Made by a program: the position numbers and the translations under genes. Under the pieces are notes generated by a model, which worked only from the letters and a program-made list of their open reading frames with translations, did not search any database and was not told the origin of the DNA. From NCBI GenBank assembly GCA_965204375.1, contig OZ241986.1, positions 4,610,898 through 4,674,897 of the forward strand: a stretch of DNA of 64,000 nt, read 5' to 3'. This DNA is from Candidatus Latescibacterota bacterium (GTDB lineage Bacteria; Latescibacterota; UBA2968). Each line of letters begins with the position of its first letter. Position 1 is the first letter of the stretch. This document shows positions 33,801-41,754 of this stretch, in pieces.

Positions 33801-34295
33801 CGAGGCGCTTATACCCGGTCGCTGACAGTGGAGCCATATACAGGTCCTTCGCTGATGCTTTCCGACATTGAGATGGCTGGTCTGGTGGTGGAAGACCCTT
33901 CCACAAAAGTAAAAGGTGGACACAAAGTCGTGCCTATGCCATCCAAAACCTATTTGCCGGGACAACCCGTGACAATTTATTACGAAGTCTATGGGTTGAC
34001 ACACGACGAATTGGGTCAAACGCGCTACCAGATGGATTACCAAATATCACCCCGCAAAGGCAAACCCCTGGCCGTGACGATTTTGCGCGCGGTCGGAAAA
34101 CTCCTGGGTATTGAACAAAAGAAAGTGGTAACGATTTCTTACGAACAGACAGGCACGCAGAAAACAGAGCACAATTATCTGGAAATTGACGTGAAGGGAT
34201 CAGAGGCTGGGCGCTATGAATTAGAGGTGGCAGTGACGGATTTGCATACAAAAGAAAAGGTCGCTAAAGACGTGATATTTTTTATTGCCAGGTAA
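30825..34295 (+). CDS. Secreted TPR-repeat protein with a GWxTD-like domain (1156 aa; paralog of 8206..10782)
   Basis: Signal peptide MRIATIFFSLIVAAFEIHA/SE, followed by TPR units. The central block is FWQRRDPTPATPGNERLVEHYRRVLYAMQHF...KPWDRRGEIYIRYGEPA. The C-terminal modules (PGDYHLGVEVRS, PVTIYYEVYGL...TRYQMDY) are collinear with the paralog. Confidence 0.8.
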   Translation: MRIATIFFSLIVAAFEIHASEMDLPPRGEGSIAFEIDVCSFRYRGREGFEEVTLRFPVAQFAFLRQNSGIYLARYKPSLRVLNDDGEVVQQVEAESRLTAESLEATVDTDRMVYDMVQVRLPTGRYRGELTLSDLQADRAGLAVFSLDVPAYDPGKIGMSDLYLSSGFNPQGAGESLEMFRKNGRLILPNPARQYRRGTPLYLYFEVYYLGYQSHRVEMQIEDRYGHRLWRDQRSFPGYRGEVKFAEGIPTRELLPGTYTLRVQVTTGRDTLVSARKFEIMGDALVPATGSDDQRAKTAQHLLKRFGGPKAEAIYTGLGRADRAAFLYGFWMDRNPIVARSYYNPLLGFGAPPNLNGAIITAMGRRKEMAKHLDPRYAARQVPPDTAQARDALWVLEVLLDEDGNDLMGQAARGYAYLFASNLPYAERTFNSALNAGGVLPEVYNGVGISHMGRKRWDKAVTAYGQALALRPDWKTAQVNRALARLLGGKQRAEDALKEAIEAYPHHPELLYLLGRVFEREGKIEAAEKAYTRQIVVNPMHARARFDLGRIWLKQGQRARATHVWRELMETRPELREECLPLLLGVYQLMGQTGEAQKVMAEYLRTVDDDTRGLLQDIRLIATLKETATYEALPPEQQPDFVRMFWQRRDPTPATPGNERLVEHYRRVLYAMQHFSTGRKPWDRRGEIYIRYGEPAHKSRSGNVRYETDPDVVRVKERLWLGIPVDGRKEIIARMGRLRTSLQDVAIQDEYGLEVTVNDFEAIDFELNPNRSRFGATSYNQVSTDRYQPTVELSGYDRGASDKTVRGYPLYPIDSGTRWEYWIYPDVAGGIEVVFTALDRKGNYIYPDIPQGRSESHFNMALWTDRRPDRQVASAIQAQADLMPPFEDVLNFHFDAVDFQGKNEYSRMEVYYGVPLANLPDSVQATGILERGIALFDSTWKPVYRKMAPLPFAVDATDSLGAGDLAVDQIALNLPPGDYHLGVEVRSLKGNLRGAYTRSLTVEPYTGPSLMLSDIEMAGLVVEDPSTKVKGGHKVVPMPSKTYLPGQPVTIYYEVYGLTHDELGQTRYQMDYQISPRKGKPLAVTILRAVGKLLGIEQKKVVTISYEQTGTQKTEHNYLEIDVKGSEAGRYELEVAVTDLHTKEKVAKDVIFFIAR

Positions 34296-34296
34296 A

Positions 34297-35739
34297 TCAC
34301 GCACCGCCATAAGCCCTCGCAAAATAGGTCTGAAACCCTTCGGGACCGGGCCAGCCATCAAAAAGACGGCAATTCTCGGGCACCTCACCCTCTGCGCCAT
34401 TTTTGAGCCAGTCGATCAATAGGGGATCAGCACCCCGGCGCTCGAGTTCGGAAAGACCCGCGGCATGCAGATTCTGGACGTGGTCGGGATGTTCCGCCGC
34501 CGTGTTGTCCAGCGACCCATAAGGCGTGAGCATGCAATCTTCTGCCTCGGGTTGCCATTCCAGGTACCCATCCTGGTCGAACACAGTGAAAAATCCGCGC
34601 TGTTTTGCCCATCCCCGGGCAGTGCCCGCAAGCGCGAGCTGCCGCATCCCTGCACTGCCTTCCCGTGCGGCGGTGAGGATGTCCTGGCTGTCTATATCCC
34701 CCGGAATTGGCGCACCAGCCAGGTTGGCAACAGTAGCGAAAAAATCCTGGGGTTGAAAAATCGCTGAATTGCGTCCCGCGTCGCCCTCGGGAGCTTTGAT
34801 AATGAGCGGAATGTGAATCTCCTGCTCGTACACAGGCGCGTACTTGCCAAAGCGCCCGCGCTCACCCACATTGGTACCGTGATCGCCAACGACAATAATA
34901 GCGGTATTTTTGCTCAAGCCTGTGGCATCGAAAGCCTCGAGAAATCGCCCGAAGCAGTGATCCATCCACGTAACCTTGGCGGCATAACTCGCTTTGAGGC
35001 GCGCCCTGGCTTCATCGGGCAAATTGGGATTGTTGCGTCCTCCGCCCTGAAAAGCGCGGGGATCAAGCCGCCCATCGTAACCGGGAGTTTTGTCGTATTT
35101 CAGCATAAAAGCCGGAGGCACATCCCACGGTTCGTGGGGATCAAAGCAGTCCATCCACAGAAAGAAATTTTCCCGCCGCGCATTATCCCGCAAGAATTGA
35201 GCTGCGGTATTGAACAACTTCGCACAATTCCAGTCGTCCAAGTTTGTGCGTCCCCGGTTGGTGCGGGCATAGGTATAGTTGTGTTTTGTCAGATCCGCGC
35301 CTTCACCCAGAACATCGAATAGAGGATCTCTGCACCAGTTGCTGGGCCACTGCGCTTCATCGTCCATCCAGGCGCGGTCAACTTCTGCCCCACGAATAAA
35401 CGTCCACGTGTGAAAGGGATAATCAAATGCGTGCCCACCATTGACGAGATGCGGCGTATCGTGAATGAGTTGTGTCGCGTATCCCGCTTCGCCCAGCACA
35501 GAGGGAAGAGAACGCGTGTCAAAAGGCAGAGGTTTCCAGGTGTGGAAGGGACTGCCGTATTTTCCGGTCATAACATCCGTGCGATAGGGAATGGTGGGAA
35601 AGCTGGCGGCAAAAGCGCGGTCAAAACACCACGACTGCGCGGATAGACGGTCGAGATTGGGCGTTTCGATCCAGTCATTTCCGTTCGCACCAATATAGTC
35701 GTAGCGCATCGTATCAATGATAATGAGGACAATATTCAT
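34297..35739 (-). CDS. Sulfatase-fold (alkaline phosphatase superfamily) hydrolase with Thr at the nucleophile position
   Basis: Start at ATG 35739 (MNIVLIIIDTMRYDY), with GGGAG upstream. The motif FPTIPYRTDVMTG aligns with (C/S)xPxRxxxxTG but has Thr first. Paralog of 40135..41583. Confidence 0.8.
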   Translation of the reverse strand: MNIVLIIIDTMRYDYIGANGNDWIETPNLDRLSAQSWCFDRAFAASFPTIPYRTDVMTGKYGSPFHTWKPLPFDTRSLPSVLGEAGYATQLIHDTPHLVNGGHAFDYPFHTWTFIRGAEVDRAWMDDEAQWPSNWCRDPLFDVLGEGADLTKHNYTYARTNRGRTNLDDWNCAKLFNTAAQFLRDNARRENFFLWMDCFDPHEPWDVPPAFMLKYDKTPGYDGRLDPRAFQGGGRNNPNLPDEARARLKASYAAKVTWMDHCFGRFLEAFDATGLSKNTAIIVVGDHGTNVGERGRFGKYAPVYEQEIHIPLIIKAPEGDAGRNSAIFQPQDFFATVANLAGAPIPGDIDSQDILTAAREGSAGMRQLALAGTARGWAKQRGFFTVFDQDGYLEWQPEAEDCMLTPYGSLDNTAAEHPDHVQNLHAAGLSELERRGADPLLIDWLKNGAEGEVPENCRLFDGWPGPEGFQTYFARAYGGA

Positions 35740-35746
35740 AGAATCT

Positions 35747-35847
35747 CCCTTCACAACGGGCGAAAGGTTTTTCGCCCCTACCATTTATCTGTGTGTATCT
35801 GCGTAAAACGCTCAAATTACTCGCGTTTTTTCTGCGGATCACACTTC
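35747..35847 (-). repeat. Composite intergenic element: CTTCACA unit, GGGCGAAA/TTTCGCCC hairpin, 10-mer pair TATCTGYGTR and the 17-mer TCTGCGGATCACACTTC
   Basis: The hairpin pairs 35758-35765 with 35770-77. tatctgtgtg tatctgcgta follows. The 17-mer at 35831-35847 is identical to 10867-10883 and contains the TGA stop (35841-35839) of 35839..36615. Confidence 0.85.
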
Positions 35848-36615
35848 CTGCACCACCGGCGGGCGTCTTCCCGCAGATGGCGGCGTTAAGATGCGCCGCT
35901 GTTGATCTGATGGATTGGTATAATCATCCGCATTGTAAAACTTATTGGAATACGCCAGATGGCCCGGCGCGTATTTATACAGAAATGCGCGGCGTTCATG
36001 TTGTGCTCTCCACGGCATCGTGCCGTGCATCAGCGCCTCTGTAAAAATCAGCGCATCGCCTGCTTCCACTGCGGGTTGAACCATATAGTCGGGAACGCGT
36101 TCAAAACCTCGCACTTCGGGTGGCACATTTTGACCAAAATTGGTCTTATGGCTTCCGGGAATACAGGTAAAGCCACCATCTCCCGCCTTTGCATCTGCCA
36201 AAAAGAACGTCACCACACTCAACCCATTCAACATCTCACCTTCCAGATACAGGTACTTGCGTTGGCTGCCCGTATGCCCACCGGGCGCACCGTGCAGGCG
36301 GCCACATGCAGCCCCCGGCCTCATAAAGATGCAATAGTCGTGATCGAGGCGAAAACCTGGACCGAGCAATTCAATTAAATACGGCAAAATGCGCGGGTGA
36401 TCAATCAGAGCCTGTGTTTCTGGCGACCACGCAGACACGCGCCCCACTTGTCGGCGCCCTGCTCGCCCCTTTGAGTCCTTGCCCGGGTCGTCGTAATCGC
36501 GGATGAATGTCGCATCAGCGACTTCATTGAGCCGTTTGACTTCCTGGGGCGTCAACACATTTTTAATGACCAGATATCCCTCGAGGTCAAACATAAACCT
36601 TTCTTCTGGTGTCAT
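35839..36615 (-). CDS. Phytanoyl-CoA dioxygenase (PhyH) family Fe(II)/2-oxoglutarate-dependent oxygenase
   Basis: 258 aa. It has MTPEERFMFDLEGYLVIKNVLTPQEVKRLNE and GDALIFTEALMHGT, which are typical of PhyH-family proteins. Confidence 0.75.
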   Translation of the reverse strand: MTPEERFMFDLEGYLVIKNVLTPQEVKRLNEVADATFIRDYDDPGKDSKGRAGRRQVGRVSAWSPETQALIDHPRILPYLIELLGPGFRLDHDYCIFMRPGAACGRLHGAPGGHTGSQRKYLYLEGEMLNGLSVVTFFLADAKAGDGGFTCIPGSHKTNFGQNVPPEVRGFERVPDYMVQPAVEAGDALIFTEALMHGTMPWRAQHERRAFLYKYAPGHLAYSNKFYNADDYTNPSDQQRRILTPPSAGRRPPVVQEV

Positions 36616-36629
36616 TTCGCCCTCCTCTT

Positions 36630-37775
36630 TTAAATATAATTCGTCGAACCATCGGGCGCTTTGGTACTCCCCCGTTCCCAGTGGACGTATTCACCCGCTC
36701 TGATGACCTCTTCATTCACTTCCACACCCAAACCGGGACGATCTGGCCTCAATTCCAGATATCCATCCATGGGCCAATAGGGTTCATCCAGCCAGTTCAG
36801 GGCATTGTTTTCATCGGGCAGGTGATATTCCAGAATTTTGAAATTGGGCGTGGCAGCGGCAAATTGGACATTGACCGCTGTAGCCAATGGTCCCATCGGA
36901 TTGTGCGGTGCCACCGTCACATAATGCGCCTGTGCAATCGCAGCGATCTTCCGCATCTCCAATAACCCACCACAGATACAAATATCTGGCTGAATAATAT
37001 CTGCGCCATCTTTCGACATCAAATCCAAAAATTCAAACTTCGTGTACAGAGATTCACCCGTTGCCAGCGGAACTTGCATTTGTGAACGCAAGCGCGCCCA
37101 CGCATCGCTGTTCTCGGGCCTCAACGGTTCTTCGTAAAAAAGCGGATCGTAAGGGGCAAGGGCGTTGGCCAGTTGCAAGGCGCGAATTGGCTCAAAAATT
37201 TTGGCGTGAGGATCAAATGCAAACTCCCAGTTGTCATCAGAATACTTTCGCAATGCCTCAAAATAATCGGCGGCAGCCGCACAGACCCGACCCCATCGGT
37301 CCGCACTGGGATCCAGGCGAAACGGACTGGTCTTAAATGCCGTAATACCGTGCTCTTCATTTAGCTGGCGCGCAACTCTTGCTGCTTCCCTGCCGTCTTT
37401 TCCACCGACACTCCGATAAACCTGAATGCGATCGCGCACAGCACCGCCCAACATCATATAAACCGGCAAACCCGCAGCTTTACCACTGATATCCCACAGG
37501 GCGTGGTCCAGGCCCGACATAGCGGAAAGGCCTATTGCTCCTGGGGGAAATCTGAACTGCTGAAACAGCTTGAGCATGATATATTCAATCCGCCGCGGGT
37601 CTTCGCCTTTAACCAGCTCAAAAATATAATCCATCGTTGGGCCAATTGCCAGATCGGGACCGGGGCTATAGCACTCTCCCCATCCGTAAATGCCCTCATC
37701 GGTTTCGACCTTCACCAGCGCACGGGATCGCTGCCCCATGCTCGCCATAAACGTCTTGATCGCTGTGATCTTCAT
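36630..37775 (-). CDS. Enolase-superfamily enzyme (mandelate racemase / muconate lactonizing family, sugar-acid dehydratase-like)
   Basis: Start at ATG 37775 (MKITAIKTFMASMGQRSRALVKVETDEGIYGWGEC). It also has DHALWDISGKAAGLPVYMMLGG and the IIQPDICICGGL region. Confidence 0.85.
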   Translation of the reverse strand: MKITAIKTFMASMGQRSRALVKVETDEGIYGWGECYSPGPDLAIGPTMDYIFELVKGEDPRRIEYIMLKLFQQFRFPPGAIGLSAMSGLDHALWDISGKAAGLPVYMMLGGAVRDRIQVYRSVGGKDGREAARVARQLNEEHGITAFKTSPFRLDPSADRWGRVCAAAADYFEALRKYSDDNWEFAFDPHAKIFEPIRALQLANALAPYDPLFYEEPLRPENSDAWARLRSQMQVPLATGESLYTKFEFLDLMSKDGADIIQPDICICGGLLEMRKIAAIAQAHYVTVAPHNPMGPLATAVNVQFAAATPNFKILEYHLPDENNALNWLDEPYWPMDGYLELRPDRPGLGVEVNEEVIRAGEYVHWERGSTKAPDGSTNYI

Positions 37776-37777
37776 AT

Positions 37778-38650
37778 CTATCCCCCCACTTTGCACGCCA
37801 CGCGATAAACATCCGTTCTCGCTGTAAAAAATAACGTCTTTCGATCTTCGCCGCCCCAGTTCAAATTGGCAGCGGGAAGAGGCAGTCTAATTTTCCCAAG
37901 AAGGTCACCCGCGGGATTAAACACCCACACAGCCCCAGGCCCCGTGCAATAAATATTCCCATTGCGGTCCAGCTTCATGCCATCGGGTGCTCCATCTTCA
38001 TCGCCTTTTAGTTCCGCCAATACCCTGCCATTTGCGAGAGACCCATCATCCTGCACATCAAATGCGCGAATATGGCCCCGATGCGTGTCATCGACGTACA
38101 GGGTCTTTTCATCGGCTGTTATCGCCAACCCATTGGGGCGTTCAAAATCATCAACCAAAAGAATGGGTTCTGATTCGCCTACAGGCAGGCGATACACCCC
38201 CAGGAATGACAATTCCTGTTCTCCCGGCACACCATGCCTGCCCGACAGACCATAAGGAGGATCCGTAAAAATGATGTCCCCATTCTGACAGACAACCAGA
38301 TCGTTGGGCGAATTGAGCTTTTTGCCCTGATAGGAATCCACCACCGTCTTCAACTCGCCATCTGCCTCAATACTCACCCGCCGTCCAGAGTGTTCGCACG
38401 AAAGAAGCCGCCCCTGTCCATCCAGAGTCAATCCATTTGAATGATAACTCGGTTGGCGATATGCGACCACACCCCCTTCTGGCGTCCACTTAAAAATGGT
38501 ATTTGCCGGAATATCCGAAAAAAACAAACACACCTGTGCGGGGTCCCAGACCGGACCTTCGGTGAACTGAAACCCATCTGCAACCAATTCGGGTTCTGCC
38601 GCGGGATCGACCAGATCGGCCATCTCATCCCGAATAACTTCAATACCCAT
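37778..38650 (-). CDS. SMP-30 / gluconolactonase / LRE-like family protein
   Basis: 290 aa. It has FTEGPVWDP, NSPNDLVV, IFTDPPYG, PNGLAIT and APDGMKLD, which are typical of six-bladed lactonases. Confidence 0.85.
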   Translation of the reverse strand: MGIEVIRDEMADLVDPAAEPELVADGFQFTEGPVWDPAQVCLFFSDIPANTIFKWTPEGGVVAYRQPSYHSNGLTLDGQGRLLSCEHSGRRVSIEADGELKTVVDSYQGKKLNSPNDLVVCQNGDIIFTDPPYGLSGRHGVPGEQELSFLGVYRLPVGESEPILLVDDFERPNGLAITADEKTLYVDDTHRGHIRAFDVQDDGSLANGRVLAELKGDEDGAPDGMKLDRNGNIYCTGPGAVWVFNPAGDLLGKIRLPLPAANLNWGGEDRKTLFFTARTDVYRVACKVGG

Positions 38651-38770
38651 TGTATTAACCTTTCCCGAAGAGTAAAAAAAGCATTGTGAACCATTTTATC
38701 GCCTTATATTAAAGGCAACGAACCAATTTAAAAGCATTTATACACATCGGCAACCGTTAAAGGAGGGGTT

Positions 38771-40003
38771 ATGGAGCGCGTAATCAGCCTGCTGGGTCTG
38801 GTCGTCATGATGGGCCTGGCCTGGGCTATGAGTGAACACAAAAAGCAGGTGAGCCTTCGCGTGGTATGGGGCGGGCTATTATTGCAACTTGTCCTTGCGT
38901 TGTTCATTTTGAAAACGTCAATAGGTGCTGCCATATTTCAAAGCATCGGAGATTTTTTCACCGCCACATTGGGCTTTGTCGATGCGGGCACAAGTCTGGT
39001 ATTTGGAGAAGAATACGTCCACCACTTCTTTGCCTTCAAAGTATTGCCCACCATCATCTTCTTTTCCTCCTTGATGTCCATCCTCTATTATCTCGGCATC
39101 ATTCAAAAAGTCGTTGAAGCATTTGCCTATGTCATGCAACGCACACTGGGAACATCCGGATCGGAAACACTCTCTGCAGCAGCCAATATTTTTGTGGGGC
39201 AAACCGAAGCTCCGCTGATGGTACGTCCATACATAAGCAGCATGACAAAATCGGAACTCATGGCATTGATGGTCGGGGGCTTTGCCACCATTGCCGGGGG
39301 CGTCCTGGTCGCCTATGTCGGCATGGGCATTGACGCGGGACATCTCGTAGCCGCATCGGTCATCTCCGCACCTGCAGCATTGCTAATTTCCAAACTGATG
39401 ATTCCCGAAACCGAGCAATCCGTGACCCTGGGGCACGTTGAATTAGCTGTGGAAGAAAAACACGCCAATGTTGTGGATGCAGCAACCAAAGGAGCATTAG
39501 ACGGCATGAAACTAACCCTCAATGTCGTCGCAATGCTCATCGCTTTCCTTGCCCTTGTCGCACTGGTCGATGCAGCTCTGGGTCTGGTTGGTGAGTGGAC
39601 TGGCGCGCTCCTTGGATATAACTGGCACTGGTCCCTTGCCGCACTTTTCGGTTATGTCTTTGCACCATTCGCCTATCTGCTGGGCATCCCCTGGGCCGAT
39701 TGCTTTTATGCCGGTGAATTACTGGGTAAGAAGATGGTGCTCAACGAATTTATCGCCTATGCACAAATGATGGAATGGTCCCAGCCCGATTCCGGCGTGG
39801 TCTTGAGCGAACGGAGTACCTTGATCCTGACGTATGCATTGTGCGGCTTTGCCAACTTTGGCAGCGTGGGCATTCAAATCGGCGGTATCGGTGGCATTGC
39901 CCCAGAACGCCGCACAGAATTAGCCATCCTCGGCATACGCGCCATGATCGGCGGCACACTTGCAATGATGATGACCGCCTGTGTTGCTGGCATTTTGATC
40001 TAA
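38771..40003 (+). CDS. nupC: NupC/CNT family concentrative nucleoside transporter
   Basis: 410 aa. It has MERVISLLGLVVMMGLAWAMSEHKK, FVFGE-like VFGEEY, AAANIFVGQTEAPL and NEFIAY, which are typical CNT blocks. AGGAGG lies upstream. Confidence 0.9.
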   Translation: MERVISLLGLVVMMGLAWAMSEHKKQVSLRVVWGGLLLQLVLALFILKTSIGAAIFQSIGDFFTATLGFVDAGTSLVFGEEYVHHFFAFKVLPTIIFFSSLMSILYYLGIIQKVVEAFAYVMQRTLGTSGSETLSAAANIFVGQTEAPLMVRPYISSMTKSELMALMVGGFATIAGGVLVAYVGMGIDAGHLVAASVISAPAALLISKLMIPETEQSVTLGHVELAVEEKHANVVDAATKGALDGMKLTLNVVAMLIAFLALVALVDAALGLVGEWTGALLGYNWHWSLAALFGYVFAPFAYLLGIPWADCFYAGELLGKKMVLNEFIAYAQMMEWSQPDSGVVLSERSTLILTYALCGFANFGSVGIQIGGIGGIAPERRTELAILGIRAMIGGTLAMMMTACVAGILI

Positions 40004-40134
40004 AAAAACGCTGTTGGTTGACTTTTATGGTTGGGTATAGTAACTTCGAACATAACCGGCAGTTCCGACGAAGCGACGACTTAGAAACTGATGGTCGTCC
40101 AAGGGGCGATCATAGAGAGGGTAATAGGTAAAAA

Positions 40135-41583
40135 ATGAAAAATATTGTTTTACTTATCACCGATACCTTTCGGTATGACAATCTCGGCGAGCGGGCGAGA
40201 CGTCCGATTCGCACGCCAATGCTCGATAAATTTGAGACAGAACGAGCGACTGCTGTTGACAAATTCTATATGAGTAGTTTCCCGACGGTACCGCACCGCA
40301 CAGATATTATGACGGGAACAGTCGGGTGGCCCCACTACCCGTGGCAGCCAATTGATCTGAGCGGACGGAACATCACCGCGCAACTTCTGAGTGAGCAGGG
40401 ATACGCAACGCAGCTCATCTGTGACACCCCGCACCTGTTTAACACACGGTTCCAGCACTGTTTCGATGCCGCTTTCCAGCATCGTGGACAGGAAGGAGAC
40501 AAACCGCTTCTCCACCTCAACGATGAAATAAAAATCGTTATGCCGAATGAAAAGACGCGACCGCATCCATCATACCGCGGACACACCCTACCGAACACGC
40601 ACCGCTGGACGAACCGCTACTACCAGTACGAGGCGGAAACGTTCTCCAGTAGGACTTCCGAGACTACAATTCGATGGTTGGAGGAAAACCACAGCTCGGG
40701 TCCCTTTTTCCTCTGGGTTGACTTCTTCGATCCACACGAACCGTGGGATCCACCTGAATACCTCGTCAAACGATACGATCCAGATTATACCGGTCCACCG
40801 ATGATACATCCGAACTACGGTCTGTCGTCCCTCTTTACAGATGCGGAATTGCACAACCTCTGGGCACACTACGCAGGAGAGGCAGAACTCATTGACCGAC
40901 ACATCGGACGGATTCTGCAGAAAGTGGAAGATCTGGAGTTATGGGATGATACCCTCGTCGTTGTGCTTTCAGACCACGGCATGTCCATCGGTGAACACAG
41001 TAGAACGGGTAAATCCAACATCGATCCAAACGATTCACGCTACTGGCCCACGTATCCAGAGATTAACCATGAGATGTTCCTGATTGCTGGTGGAGATGTT
41101 CCGTGCGGGCAACGCCTCGATCTTATCGCGCAACCGATGGATATTATGCCGACACTCTGTGAATTGGCTGGTGTTACCTTGGATCCACCCAAACCATTTG
41201 AGGGACATTCCTTCACACAGGCTCTCCTTAACGGTGATACACAACACAGGGAATACGCCGTAACAGGTTGCCATATCGGCGCACCGGACGGGAGTGTACC
41301 ACGTCGAGCAACAACGCCGTTCCTCGTCACCGAACGCTGGGGATACGCACCTGTCGGTGAATACGGTAGACCGGAACTGTTCGACCTACCCGCAGACCCC
41401 ATAGCGGAGAACAACATCGCTGCGGATAACATGGAACTCGTCAAGGAATTGCATGAACTCTTTATGGCGCATCTCACGGAGCATAATGCGCCTGAGAAGT
41501 TCCTTGATCTCTGGAAGGAAGAACCCTCCGGCGACGGACGCGGCAAATGGTCGATCGACTATCCTGACGAGTCAGATGAATAG
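40135..41583 (+). CDS. Sulfatase-fold (alkaline phosphatase superfamily) hydrolase with Thr at the nucleophile position
   Basis: 482 aa. It has MKNIVLLITDTFRYDN. SSFPTVPHRTDIMTG aligns to (C/S)xPxRxxxxTG with Thr first. Paralog of 34297..35739 (shared GYATQLI.DTPHL, FF.PHEPWD.P and SDHG blocks). Confidence 0.8.
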   Translation: MKNIVLLITDTFRYDNLGERARRPIRTPMLDKFETERATAVDKFYMSSFPTVPHRTDIMTGTVGWPHYPWQPIDLSGRNITAQLLSEQGYATQLICDTPHLFNTRFQHCFDAAFQHRGQEGDKPLLHLNDEIKIVMPNEKTRPHPSYRGHTLPNTHRWTNRYYQYEAETFSSRTSETTIRWLEENHSSGPFFLWVDFFDPHEPWDPPEYLVKRYDPDYTGPPMIHPNYGLSSLFTDAELHNLWAHYAGEAELIDRHIGRILQKVEDLELWDDTLVVVLSDHGMSIGEHSRTGKSNIDPNDSRYWPTYPEINHEMFLIAGGDVPCGQRLDLIAQPMDIMPTLCELAGVTLDPPKPFEGHSFTQALLNGDTQHREYAVTGCHIGAPDGSVPRRATTPFLVTERWGYAPVGEYGRPELFDLPADPIAENNIAADNMELVKELHELFMAHLTEHNAPEKFLDLWKEEPSGDGRGKWSIDYPDESDE

Positions 41584-41595
41584 AAATTGGTAAAA

Positions 41596-41625
41596 GGCGG
41601 GACACCGAAGTGTTCCGCCCTTTTT
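41596..41625 (+). terminator. Intrinsic terminator after 40135..41583
   Basis: A 9-bp stem pairs ggcgggaca with tgttccgcc (one G-T pair), with loop ccgaag, followed by cttttt. Confidence 0.65.
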
Positions 41626-41754
41626 GTATTCATTCTTTATCCATGCACCAACGCTCAAATCTCAAAAAGCTTCGGATGCTCCCCACCTCAGAAAGGGATG
41701 ATCTGGTTTCCAAATTTCCTTTTGCTTTTCATTCCTAAATGAAGTACTGAAAAC

